DNA of 63,634 nucleotides, counting the filler, from Octopus bimaculoides (taxonomy: Eukaryota), in NCBI RefSeq assembly GCF_001194135.2. It is 6 parts of 4 records of this genome, joined end to end, with 100 filler letters (N's around TTAATTAATTAA, not from the genome) between each part and the next. Parts side by side here need not be neighbours in the genome. Positions count along the whole stretch, not along the records: positions 1 to 18,058 come from NC_068988.1; positions 18,159 to 36,287 come from NC_068989.1; 4 more parts are not named here. One strand, 5' to 3'. Every line of letters starts with the position of its first letter. Positions within the stretch are counted from its first letter, which is position 1. Below the pieces are notes generated by a model, which was not told the origin of the DNA, did no database searches, and worked only from the letters and a program-made list of their open reading frames with translations. Below are positions 13,987 through 26,729 of the stretch, one piece after another. The translations under genes were made by a program, and so were the position numbers.

Positions 13987-16226
13987 TGCATATACATATA
14001 CATACATACATACATACATACATACATACATGTATACATACATACATACATATATATACCATGTATGTATGAAAACGCATAAATCGCTAATATATTATTC
14101 AATGAATTGCTCGTGCATGGGCTTCTTTCCTTAAAAATCATGTGCAGAATACTCATAAATTTCTACTTTAACATGCTAGAGTACCATTACTCATGTATGT
14201 CAATCTTTTAATTCTATTTTGACCTGCGTGCAAATAATATAGGGTGGAGCGAGAGTTAGAATTCTACTTCCCCTAACATTGTCTGGTGGAGTTAAGTCCT
14301 AATACAAAAGAGTATTCCGACGCAGTTGAGATATTATGAATTATATACGATCATTAATCTAATCGCTTATCAACATTTATTTTGTGATTCAATACTGACA
14401 TTATTAAGCAAAATGGAATACCAACATTTCTGGCTAGCAGTGATAACAATATATAGAGACCGAAAAACTCCAGAATGCAATGAAATTATCAGTGTCTGCA
14501 TTTGGACAGTTAGTCACAGAAAGATGTGATATAAGTATGAAATAGCTTCATCGGATATAGGGATGGTAGAATGCAAAGTTCCGTCTGAATGTTGCTCTCC
14601 TATATCAAAATAGAGGCGAAGAAGTGAGCAAATTATTGAATTTGAAAACGTTACGCAGGAGCGGATAGGAATTAAGTATTGAGATGGTTATGGGAAAGCT
14701 GTAGTAAAGAAGCATTTGAAGCAGCAATATATGTTGGATGAAGGATAAGAAAGATAGGATTTTAATACAAGAATTAGAGCGAAAGGTAATGTTTAACTAG
14801 GTAAATCAGTAAAGATAAATGATACGGGTGAAAACTATTGTGTTTCTAAATTCGTTTTGTTGCAGGAAAGGTGGTCCATTCTGTCTATAAAAATCTATGA
14901 TTAATGTGTTGAATTTAATATTTAAAGAGTACATGGTGTATAACTGGCAAATTTTATGTTGCTTAGTGCAACCTAAACATTCGATACTGACATTAAATTC
15001 ACTAGAATTATTCTTGCCAGACTTCGAATCATTATATCTAGGAATTTTAACATCGTTCTTTTTTTGTTTTTGTTTTTTTGTTTTTTGTTTCTTTGAGGTA
15101 CTATCAAATTTAATAGACGGACAGATACCAACGATAAAAGAAATTGTATGAAAATGGTATACAAATTTAATTGACACACATACTTCGTTTTCAGAATTTA
15201 ATTAATTGCATACAGAAATGGGTCACTGACTAATTGTCGAGCAAATCATCTTCGACCAAGTACCAATTTGAGTAACGAAATGAGAAGATTTCCAAACACT
15301 TCCCAAAAGAAAAGAAAGCATAACACGATATATTTAACCAAATTTAATTCTCTATATGCAAATATTATATAGCATTTTGGTCTCCTTGACACACAATTGT
15401 CATTAAAACACATTTACTGAGAGTTCTTAAATGGTTAGACAATTACATAAAATCAATAAATTTTTCTCCTATAAGCACATTCCCTGTAATTTTGATGGGA
15501 GGGCCCGGATGATTACATCAATGACATAGTTAACTAGTAATTAATTCATTGTTCCTGAATGATGAAAAGCAAATCGAGCCCGGCAACATTTGACCTCAGT
15601 AAGAAAAGCCGAAAGAAAAGCCACTAAGCATTTTGTGCGGCGAGGTAACGATACTACTAGCTGGCACCCTTCACTGAATAATAATAATTATAATGATAAT
15701 GGCTTCAAATTTTGACAAGGCAAGTTACTTTAAGGGAGTTGGTATGTCGATTACACTGCCACTTATTGTATCCACACTTAAAGGATGAAAGGCTAAAATC
15801 AACCACTGCATAAGGAGAAGTGTCACAATTCGTGACTGCAATCACACTTCATCTTTTCGGATCGAGGACAAAACACCATGAAACTTTTGCGCTTTATAAT
15901 GAAATTGCAGTATGAGGAAGTATAAGTACAAGTTGAGTGAATTTTGGGGATATACAAGACTAAAAACAAACCATTCAGCAATATGTTTGGAGATTGTGTA
16001 TATTCTGTCCTAAAAAGAAAAGTGTTTTTCATTTTAACTAACCTAAAGACTTTTCTAATGTTCACCAAATACATACACATGCATTTTCTGTCTAATTTTC
16101 AACACAAATGTAACAGGGATGGATGAATGATACTCTATTGATCAGTACGTATATGTAAGAAGAAACCAGCAACCAGTCACATGCTACTAAGAAGTATGTG
16201 CAATCGATTTCAGAATTCACTCCTAC

Positions 16227-16262
<36 letters not shown>

Positions 16263-16264
<2 letters not shown>

Positions 16265-16880
16265 TCTTTACTCTTTACTCTTTTACTTGTTTCAGTCATT
16301 TGACTGCGGCCATGTTGGAGCACCGCCTTTAGTCGAGCAAATCGACCCCAGGACTTATACTTTGTAAGCCTAGTACTTATTTTATCGGTCTCTTTTTGTC
16401 AACCGCTAAGTTACGGGGACGTTAACACACCAGCATCGTTTTTCAAGCGATGGTGAGGGGACGAACACAGACACATGAACNNNNNNNNNNNNNNNNNNNN
16501 NNNNNNNNNNNNNNNNNNNNNNNNNNNNNNNNNNNNNNNNNNNNNNNNNNNNNNNNNNNNNNNNNNNNNNNNNNNNNNNNNNNNNNNNNNNNNNNNNNNN
16601 NNNNNNNNNNNNNNNNNNNNNNNNNNNNNNNNNNNNNNNNNNNNNNNNNNNNNNNNNNNNNNNNNNNNNNNNNNNNNNNNNNNNNNNNNNNNNNNNNNNN
16701 NNTATATATATATATATACGACGGACATCTTTCAGTTTCCGTTTACCAAATCCACTCACAAGGCTTTGGTCGGCTCGAGGCTATAGTTGAAGACACTTGC
16801 CCAAGATGCGACGCAGTGGGACTGAACCCGGAACCATGTGGTTGGTAAGCAAGCTACTTACCACACAGCCACTCCTGCGC
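16263..16880 (-). mobile_element. SINE family B (full length, central gap)
   Basis: Closely matches the 8971-9390 copy. Confidence 0.9.
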
Positions 16881-17896
16881 CTAGGTAGGTAGGTAAGTAG
16901 GTACTACGTACGTACATACGTTGGTAGGTAGGAAAGTATTTAAACGTATATGTATGTACAAATATATGTGCGTGAGTAATTTTATTCATATGCATATAAA
17001 ATAGAACATATGGATACACTAAGTGTAATCTATTGAAGTGCCTTCAATTTTGCCCAACATGCATTACATCGAACATCGAAACTGTTTAAACTCTAAAATC
17101 AGTAGTATACAGTTTATAAGAATTGACTACAAGCTTGACATTTCAGTAACTCATAGTTTCTTCCTAACGGTATCTTAAATAAGCTTTGATTTGGAGCAAA
17201 ATTTAATGGAAACTTCATCATTATAAGTTGACCGTTCTATTAACTAATTATCTAGAACAATATTTTATTCGTTTAGTGTTACATCCGTTTAGATATTAAG
17301 AGCTATGCAGAAGTGTATGCAGTCAAAGCAACCGATACAGCTCCTGCTGTTGAGATCTACTAGCAATCAAATATATGGACACTAGCTGTCAGATAAGATC
17401 CCAGTTTCGAAAAGAGGACACGGTGATAAATATCAATTCCCATAAACTATCACAAGGTTTAGCAGGTGTAAGTGAAATAAATTTGGTCTAAGCTGGAATG
17501 GTCATGCATAAACTGAAGCGTACCGTTCAATTTGGTGCTCCTCTCAATGAGATTGTTATAATACTAATTATATTTATACGTTAGATATAAGCAAAGAAGT
17601 AACTAATGGAGGTCTGCTTTAGAAATTAGAGAGTTTAGACATCTGAAATGTTAACTAAATGTTGAATTTGTCAGATTCCAGAAAGAAGAATCTTTAAGAA
17701 GTAAACTTTGAGATGTCATGATGTTAATATCTTAACAGCTGAGTTATGTAATTTACCTAAGGACGAGTGATCACCTATCATTTAGTGTGAGTTTTTCCCG
17801 ACACCATTAGGCATATCAGCGGTAAAATACGAAAGTTATATTTTCTTTCTACATAAGCACCCATTTTAAAATCAAACGTAACAATTCCACCAATCC

Positions 17897-17950
<54 letters not shown>

Positions 17951-18158
17951 AAATAGCCATAAAACACGAGCAAAACAAAAAGTTGTTTTCAGTATTTAAG
18001 GAAGCTGACAAATACAAACAAGAAATCAATCTACCTAACGAATACGAAGAAGAAGAAGNNNNNNNNNNNNNNNNNNNNNNNNNNNNNNNNNNNNNNNNNN
18101 NNTTAATTAATTAANNNNNNNNNNNNNNNNNNNNNNNNNNNNNNNNNNNNNNNNNNNN

Positions 18159-18555
18159 GTCGAGCGAAATGCTTAGCAGTATTTCGTCTGCCGTTACGTT
18201 CTGAGTTCAAATTTCGCCGAGGTCGACTTTGCCTTTCATCCTTTCGGGGTCGATAAATTAAGTACCAGTTACGCACTGGGGTCGATATAATCGACTTAAT
18301 CCCTTTGTCTGTCCTTGTTTGTCCCCTCTATGTTTAGCCCCTTGTGGGCAATAAAGAAATAAGAAACGTTAGCACGTCGGGTGAAATGCTTAGCGGTATT
18401 TCGTATGTCTTTACGTTCAAATTCCGCTGAGGTCGACTTTACCGTTCATCCTTTCGAGGTCGATAAATTAAATACCAGTTGCGTACTGGGGTCGATCTAA
18501 TCGACTAGCCCCCTCCCAAAAAATTTCGGGCCTTGTGCCTAGAGTAGAAAAGAAT
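18159..18555 (+). mobile_element. SINE family A, two head-to-tail copies
   Basis: Repeated GAAATGCTTAGC.GTATTTCGT...GTTCAAATT.CGC.GAGGTCGACTTT.CC.TTCATCCTTTCG.GGTCGATAAATTAA.TACCAGTT..G.ACTGGGGTCGAT core. Confidence 0.88.
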
Positions 18556-19992
18556 ATTGTTTGCTCATGGGAATCCTCTTTTAGCTGTAATGTAAGTAAG
18601 AGCGAACGAATCTGTTTGCCAGATATATAATCTATGGAAACCTCCCTCTCCACCATCCGGCTAATATGATACTGCTTAGGAAGATTATATTTAAAATTAC
18701 TCCGAGTTCTTACGTCACAGTAAATCTAGAAAATGGTACAACGGACACGGTTTATTTAATGCCTTCTCCCGCTGGAAGAAAAAAAAAAGCTTGCAATACT
18801 AGGTGTGATTCTACGTGTTGTTGTTGTTGGTGGTGGTGGTGATGGTGTTATTATTATTGTGCTTGTGATATTGTTGATGATGATGATAATGATGATTATG
18901 ACGAGGATGATGATGATGATGATGATGACGATGACGATGATGATGGTGATGACCATAAAAGGATGTCGAAAGGATGACGACGACGATGATAATGATGACA
19001 ACAACGATAATGGTAGTAACGCCGCTGACGATGACGACGACGATGACAACGTCGAGATGATGACCAAACGCCCACCACCACCACCACCACCACCACTACC
19101 ACTACAATGATGATGATGAGGATGATGATGATGACGACGACGACGACGACGACTATGGTGATGATTCTACCAAGGAAAATGCCAAGCATGCGAGAAGCAA
19201 AGTAAACAGACCGCTTGCTGTATATATATATATATATACACCCACTCATATATGGATGGCTGCTAGTGTATATTATGTTTGTGTAACTATCAAATACAAA
19301 TTTGTTTTCACACGTATACACTCACGCAATCATGCTAACATACTTACAAACAGTCAGACACACACTCTGTGTGTGTGTATGTGTGTGTGTGTGTATGTGT
19401 ATGTATATATATATATATGCATTTCATGAGCNNNNNNNNNNNNNNNNNNNNNNNNNNNNNNNNNNNNNNNNNNNNNNNNNNNNNNNNNNNNNNNNNNNNN
19501 NNNNNNNNNNNNNNNNNNNNNNNNNNNNNNNNNNNNNNNNNNNNNNNNNNNNNNNNNNNNNNNNNNNNNNNNNNNNNNNNNNNNNNNNNNNNNNNNNNNN
19601 NNNNNNNNNNNNNNNNNNNNNNNNNNNNNNNNNNNNNNNNNNNNNNNNNNNNNNNNNNNNNNNNNNNNNNNNNNNNNNNNNNNNNNNNNNNNNNNNNNNN
19701 NNNNNNNNNNNNNNNNNNNNNNNNNNNNNNNNNNNNNNNNNNNNNNNNNNNNNNNNNNNNNNNNNNNNNNNNNNNNNNNNNNNNNNNNNNNNNNNNNNNN
19801 NNNNNNNNNNNNNNNNNNNNNNNNNNNNNNNNNNNNNNNNNNNNNNNNNNNNNNNNNNNNNNNNNNNNNNNNNNNNNNNNNNNNNNNNNNNNNNNNNNNN
19901 NNNNNNNNNNNNNNNNNNNNNNNNNNNNNNNNNNNNNNNNNNNNNNNNNNNNNNNNNNNNNNNNNNNNNNNNNNNNNNNNNNNNNNNNNNNN

Positions 19993-20025
<33 letters not shown>

Positions 20026-20185
20026 GTGTCTCAAAAGTCTCTGATGGGTCTCGAGTTTTAATAACTTACTTAACGTTACAAAAAAAAAAAAAAGAAATGC
20101 ATGAAATTTTAATACAATATAAAGGACATAATGTAAATTAATATGCAAAAGTCAAGATGCATTAAGGTTATTATTTTAAGGTGCG

Positions 20186-20720
20186 AAGGCGCATCGCTTA
20201 GTGGTTAGGGTATTGGGATAACGATCGTAAGGTCAAGAGTTCGATTCCCGACTGTGTGTCGTGTGCGACGCGTTGTGTCCTTGAGCATGGCTACTTTACT
20301 GCATTTGCTATGGACTAGATGGACATTGTATTGGTCTATATGTGTCACCGTTGTGGTTACATTAATCAATTCATAACTCACATTCTGTCTGTTTATAACT
20401 CACTTCACTACTCCATTCAGCTTATTTATTAATCTATAACGGTGAATGGTTGTGTTTAAGAGAGTGTGCTTTGCCTAGTGGTTCGGGTGTTATACTCACT
20501 ATCGTTAGATCGCGGTTTCGATTCCCACACCAGTTGTGCATTGTGTTCTCGAGCAAAACACTTTAGTTTACGTTGCTGCAGTCCACTCAGCCGTAAATGG
20601 GTAATTTTGCGTCGGATTGGCGTGCAAGGGCGAGATGGTAACTCAAGAAAGTTATCCCAACGGAGGTCTCGTGGGCCACGTTTTGTATCCAGCGACCGAA
20701 AAGATGGAAAGTACAACCTA
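20186..20720 (+). mobile_element. Two tRNA-headed SINE family C copies (20186-20310, 20470-20720)
   Basis: GGCGCATCGCTTAGTGGTTAGGG...GAGTTCGATTCCCG then GTTGTGT(C)CTTGAGCA..ACACTT body. Confidence 0.7.
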
Positions 20721-21419
20721 TACTGTGAATCCCGACTTATTGGAACTGGTTATTCAACCACATCGAAGGTTGATGTTGATGATGATGACTCTGTGGTAAA
20801 GTTCTTTGCTACGCAACTACGTGATTTCGGGTTCGAGCCGCCTACATATTATCTTGGGCAATGGTCTCTTAACCATAGCTTTGACTCGACCAACATCTCG
20901 TGAATAATCAAATTTGGTCGGTGGATATTGTGCAGAAACTCGTCTCAGTCTCTGTGTATATATTCCATTCGTCACCCGGTTTAACACCACTACTTGGTTC
21001 TTGGATGTCCATTCTGTTGTAAACATTCGGGCCCTGTCTCTTACGAGTATTGTAAACTCGGAAAGGGCAATACACGAGATGCTCCTAACAAATAAAACAA
21101 CATATGCCGGATATTTCACATATGAGATGGCGAAGAATCAAGACGAATGACAATATGTTGTGCAGTGAACTTATTACTTCTCAATTAATATATTTACAAC
21201 AGGTTTCTTACATTTATAAAATATATTTTTCTTCACCAGGTACAAAGTCACTTTTTGTTAGGAAAGCAAGTAGGGATTTAGAAAATAACACCAGGATCTT
21301 GTATTTATTTTGAAAGGATACGAAATACAGGCCTTCACCTTAGCAGGATTGGAAAGTTGAACATGATAAATCGAAATTTAGATCGTACGCTCTCTCGACA
21401 ACTTTCGGCACTATGATGA

Positions 21420-21575
21420 TTTTTTCTACTATAGGCACAAGGCCTGAAATTTTGAGGGAAGACGTTAGATGAATGCACTGATCCCGTCTCTCAGTTTGTA
21501 CTTACTTTATCAATCTCGAAAGGATAAATGGCGAAGTTTACCTTGGCGAAATTTGAACTCAGAATGTAAAGCCAG
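21420..21575 (-). mobile_element. SINE family A fragment abutting the 28S fragment
   Basis: Reverse complement of the family A core. Confidence 0.75.
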
Positions 21576-21585
21576 CATTCAATCA

Positions 21586-21923
21586 TGAATGGTGAGTAAA
21601 CCGGGAGAAACCCAATGTCGAATCTCGTCGGCCCGCAGGTCATCGAGAGCGGTGGTGAAAGGTCGTACACGGTCAGTCGTTTCACCCCACTGGGTTTGGA
21701 ATCCTAGAGCGAGTGCCAAACCCATCCAGAGCCGACAGCGAAAGGCAGTGTTCTTCGGCCCGAGAGTCGGGTAGCTTGGGAACACAGCCCAAAGCGGGTG
21801 GTAAGCTCCATCCAAAGCTAAATACAAGGAGGAGTCCGATAGTCGACAAATGCTGCGATGGAAAGTTGAAAAGAACTTTGGAGAGAGAGTTCAAGAGACC
21901 TTGAAAATGCCCAGGGATAAACG
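21586..21923 (+). pseudogene. 28S (LSU) rRNA 5'-domain fragment, isolated pseudogene copy
   Basis: GAGTCGGGTAGCTTGGGAACACAGCCCAAAGCGGGTGGTAAGCTCCATCCAAAGCTAAATAC...GAAAGTTGAAAAGAACTTTGGAGAGAGAGTTCAAGAG matches the conserved eukaryotic LSU core around D1-D2. No 5.8S/ITS context. Confidence 0.9.
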
Positions 21924-22209
21924 CGTAGGACTGCTTTCCGTGATTGCGAAGGGACTCAGTCCGCTGTTTCTCACCAAGGCATTTTATCTGCTGTGCTAAC
22001 GATTCCGCTTGCACGCCGCTTTCTTAGGCATTATGATATTGACAATAAATAAGAATAGCTGCTGTTGAATTTATTTATTTATTTATTTATTTACTTAAAC
22101 AGTCTTAACGTCTGAGTAAAGCAGGTAAACCATGATGGACCGAGAAAGAAATATAATAATCTTTTCATAAAACAAGACACCGAAACAAAATCACAAAAGC
22201 TAGAAAGAA

Positions 22210-22275
22210 GGAAAGGAAGAGAGGGAGAGAGAGAGAGGGGGGATAAAGACAGTGAGGCAGAGAGAGAGATATATA

Positions 22276-22309
<34 letters not shown>

Positions 22310-22534
22310 AAGTGAGAGAGAGAGAGATAAAGACAGAGAGACAGAAAGAGACAGAGAGGCAGAGAGAGAGATAGATAGAGAGAGAAAGAGAGAGAGAGAG
22401 AGAGATAAAGACAGAGAGACAGAAAGAGACAGAGAGGCAGAGAGAGAGAGAGAGAGATAGAGAGAGAAAGTGAGAGATAGAGAGAGAAAGTGAGAGAGAG
22501 AGAGATAAAGACAGAGAGACAGAAAGAGACAGAG

Positions 22535-22565
<31 letters not shown>
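22210..22565. repeat. Compound (GA)n/(GACA)n tract with higher-order ~70-bp repetition; another purine-rich tract at 42880-43537
   Basis: GAGATAAAGACAGAGAGACAGAAAGAGACAGAGAGGCAGAGAGAG recurs three times. Confidence 0.9.
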
Positions 22566-22570
<5 letters not shown>

Positions 22571-23239
22571 ACCGATAAAAAAAGTTAAATGTTTCTGTTA
22601 CTAGATCTTTTTGCGCTCTCCTTGAAATGGAAGAACTTATCTATGGTAAGTGGTTCCTTGAAATAAATTGCATTCCCCATCTTAACCCGTATATAATCTT
22701 GGTTGCATTTTCGCAACGCAAAACCTACTCTTACTTGTTTGGACATGAACTCGCTGGGAAGCATCTGACTGAGCATACGAAATGTTGCCTAGGTAGTCGA
22801 CACCCGTAGCTAACAGTTGCATACTGTCCTTGTCTTCCAGATTGTCAAAGCTTACCATAATGTTTAATCTAATTTTTTTTTATGGGCATATATGGGTTAA
22901 ATAACTTTATACATGTTCAGCTCTAGCTCTTTTTACGAAAGGGCCATCCGTAATTATCTCCCTTGTTATTATTAAATTGTAAAGACCTGTTATTCTCAAA
23001 GGGAGGTAAATCAGAGTCAGTAGCTTCAAACAGATCGATGGGAGATAACTCGAAACATATTAAGGTGACTACGATTGCGTTATTAATGAAAATTTATAGC
23101 CAACCATAAGGTCAGTAGTTCGTTTCCTCTTCGCTCCATGGTCTTACATCGCGCTATTTAGATTAGGCTACAATCCAAGTAGTTGTATGTAGGGACCGTG
23201 CGAGACATACACTTCTAGCTACGAGATCATACGGCACAA

Positions 23240-23640
23240 AGATATAGTCAACTTCAGATAGGTACCAGAATAAAATATAGTCCACTCCAAGTAGTAGTAC
23301 CACAGTGAAGTACAGTCACACCAAGCAGGTATTACAGTGAAATACAATTTATCCTGAACAATATCACAGTATGGTACAACTTACCCCAGCTTTAAGTTTT
23401 ACCTTAGTATGTTACAGTCCACTTCATGTGTTAAGTAAAACAACAAGGCACAATCGATCCAAGTGGGTACACCATTGAGGTACACTCCAACCCATGTAGT
23501 TACTAGAGTGAGTTGTAATGCAGTTGAAGTAGTGCTACAATGAGATACAGTCCATCTCAAGTAGGGTGCACAGTGAGGTACATTCCACCCCATGTAGTAC
23601 CATATCGAGAATACTGTTCCCTCTACTGCAAAGATATACC
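23240..23640. repeat. Degenerate minisatellite, ~31-35-bp unit, about 12 copies
   Basis: Repeating TACAGTCCAC.CCAAGTAG.TACCACAGTGA(G/A). Confidence 0.7.
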
Positions 23641-25619
23641 ACTGTCGGATATATATAACTCACGAGTGATCACGTGGTTTGCAGCATTGAGTTCAATTTC
23701 TATCTAAGGAAATGCTATCCGAAGTAGATCAATATCGAATTAGCAGAGTAATTTGGTTTGGCTTTCTGCACTTTGAGTTAAAATTCTACTGATGTTCACT
23801 CTGACTTCCATCCCTTCAAGTCGATAAAGTACCATTACGTGGGGGCGATGTATTCTTTTCGTTCTCTCCATTTCTCTCTAGAAGTTATCAGCTGTGGTCA
23901 AACCTAATATTATGTATGCACACATGCATGTGTGTGTGTGTGTGTGTGCCTGTATATGTGAGCGTATGTGTGCATACGTGCGCGCGCGAAAACGTAACTG
24001 GCAGCGTTACCCAGGTTCATTAACAACTAAAAAAAAAAAAAAAAAGAAGGAAAAATGCATGAATTCACTAGGTTCTTTAATAAATTGCCTTAGAAAAAGA
24101 TTCTGACAAACATCATTTGGGTTGGGTTGCGAAACCCGTGAGGTTTGCTTGTGTCACCACCTTCCTATTAATTCAGGACTTTGGACAAAGGAAATGTTAG
24201 TATCGCCAGTGGGGAATTTTAGGACTATAGCATTGGGTTCGATCCCGTGTTTTGCCATAAAGAAATCAAAATGCAGGGATGTGCACAACCGAGATTTTAT
24301 CCAATGAATGACCGTTGTTCACGTGATAGTTCGGTGGTCTAACTAGAACCTTCCTTGAGTGAGGCCTANNNNNNNNNNNNNNNNNNNNNNNNNNNNNNNN
24401 NNNNNNNNNNNNNNNNNNNNNNNNNNNNNNNNNNNNNNNNNNNNNNNNNNNNNNNNNNNNNNNNNNNNNNNNNNNNNNNNNNNNNNNNNNNNNNNNNNNN
24501 NNNNNNNNNNNNNNNNNNNNNNNNNNNNNNNNNNNNNNNNNNNNNNNNNNNNNNNNNNNNNNNNNNNNNNNNNNNNNNNNNNNNNNNNNNNNNNNNNNNN
24601 NNNNNNNNNNNNNNNNNNNNNNNNNNNNNNNNNNNNNNNNNNNNNNNNNNNNNNNNNNNNNNNNNNNNNNNNNNNNNNNNNNNNNNNNNNNNNNNNNNNN
24701 NNNNNNNNNNNNNNNNNNNNNNNNNNNNNNNNNNNNNNNNNNNNNNNNNNNNNNNNNNNNNNNNNNNNNNNNNNNNNNNNNNNNNNNNNNNNNNNNNNNN
24801 NNNNNNNNNNNNNNNNNNNNNNNNNNNNNNNNNNNNNNNNNNNNNNNNNNNNNNNNNNNNNNNNNNNNNNNNNNNNNNNNNNNNNNNNNNNNNNNNNNNN
24901 NNNNNNNNNNNNNNNNNNNNNNNNNNNNNNNNNNNNNNNNNNNNNNNNNNNNNNNNNNNNNNNNNNNNNNNNNNNNNNNNNNNNNNNNNNNNNNNNNNNN
25001 NNNNNNNNNNNNNNNNNNNNNNNNNNNNNNNNNNNNNNNNNNNNNNNNNNNNNNNNNNNNNNNNNNNNNNNNNNNNNNNNNNNNNNNNNNNNNNNNNNNN
25101 NNNNNNNNNNNNNNNNNNNNNNNNNNNNNNNNNNNNNNNNNNNNNNNNNNNNNNNNNNNACAGCATGCGACGGAATTTTTTCTTATAAAAGTTTAAAATG
25201 TTTTTTTCTTTTTCCAAACGGAAACGAAATGGTTTACAGAGTGAGGGTCAACATGCAGTTCTAGAAATTCACCTACTCAACATTATAAACTTCAGAAATG
25301 GCAGCCAAAAAATAAACGAATGTTTTTTCTTTTGGGGTTGAATTCCGCCGGTACTATGATATTCAATCACGTGTGTGATTTATATATAAACAGTTAACTT
25401 CAATCACATGTGTGATTTATTTATAAACAGCTTAAAAAAAAACACATTTCAGATTAGTACGGATAATACTAGTAAGACGTTAAGTTATTTCCCTTGTACA
25501 TTTTTATTTACTTTTTTACCCCCCTAAACTTGAAGATTACCTGTAACCATTTGGTGAAGGTTCGAGTAACTACGTTACCAAATCTGCTCTGGCTCTCCGT
25601 AGGTTATTACTACGGGTGT

Positions 25620-25885
25620 TTATGTTGCTTCTATCAACTGAACGGCTGCCTGCTCGTGAATTTTAAAGGGCAAGAGGCTGAGCACTCCATAGACACGTGT
25701 CCCTTAAAACAGTTCTCAAGCAGATTCGACGTGACATAGAATGTGACAAGGCTTGTCCTTTGAATTACTGGTACAACTCATTTTTACCAACTGAGAAGAC
25801 TGGAGCAGAGAAATAAAGTATCTTGCTCAGGGACACAACATGCCCCGAGGAATCGAACTCACATCCTTACAATCGTAAGCAATAA
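25620..25885 (-). mobile_element. SINE family C (also 28170-28375 minus; 30140-30432 and 31005-31195 plus)
   Basis: Reverse complement of GAGTTCGATTCC...GTTGTGTCCCTGAGCAAGATACTTTA; matches 30140-30432. Confidence 0.7.
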
Positions 25886-26729
25886 CATCTGGAGACTAAA
25901 CCATAAATATAAGAACAAAACAAGCTAGACAAGTAAAGTAAAGATCAATTCAAACAAATAGAAAATAATTACAAGAGACAAAAATGGCAACAAACGAGCT
26001 TTTATTCACACTTGAAATAATTGTTTAGAAATGTAGATGGCGAAATATTGTTTATAAAATATTAAAATATATAGTTATTAAATATAACATATATATATAT
26101 ATATTTATCAATATATAATCGACGTAGTTTAAAATATATAAACCATTTTCTGTTGGTAGCTTACAGTATGAAACAATTTTTATTTGAAGTGTGTGTGAGA
26201 CAAAGTGTGTGTGTGTGTGTGTATGTGAGAGAGAGAGAGAGAGAGAGATAAAGTATAGATGAATGTTCTGGTAAATAATGTCTTCACTCATTGTATATAT
26301 GCAAAACATGATATATTGGGGAAAAAAAACAATAAAATCATTACACAGCCATATATATAAAACATACACGTGCACAAATATATATTCTTCATTCTGTTTA
26401 TGTCTATTTTACCATGCTGGCATATTGCTGACAAATTCTTTTAAAACCAGATACATTTCCTGCAACTAACTCTTACATGTGTTTTGCAAAAGCGTTTTGA
26501 ATTCACTTGTCTTCAAATGTGCAGAGCTATTTGACGATTTTGTTGATAGCCAAATGACAACTGGCAACACTGTCTGAAGGTCAGCAATTTTGTATGTGAT
26601 CACAGAATGTAGACATGCAGAAATTCACAAAGGGGCACATACTCTCACATAATATATGTGTGTGTGAGTGAGATGGACTCTCCCATCGAAGACAACATAT
26701 CACCTTTTGCCGAATGGCCTGCACAAATA

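Noticed and set aside
18103-18114. TTAATTAATTAA centred in N runs (also ~36332, ~46403, ~56492, ~60363)
   Set aside because: An identical 12-mer with stops in all six frames, placed inside equal-sized gaps, is an assembly scaffolding spacer, not biology.
20186-20260. tRNA-like sequences (also SINE heads elsewhere)
   Set aside because: A/B boxes are present but there is no complete cloverleaf, and they run into SINE bodies; not tRNA genes.
22627-22651. ATG GAA GAA CTT ATC TAT G|GTAAGT possible first exon
   Set aside because: Too short, no linked downstream exon identified.
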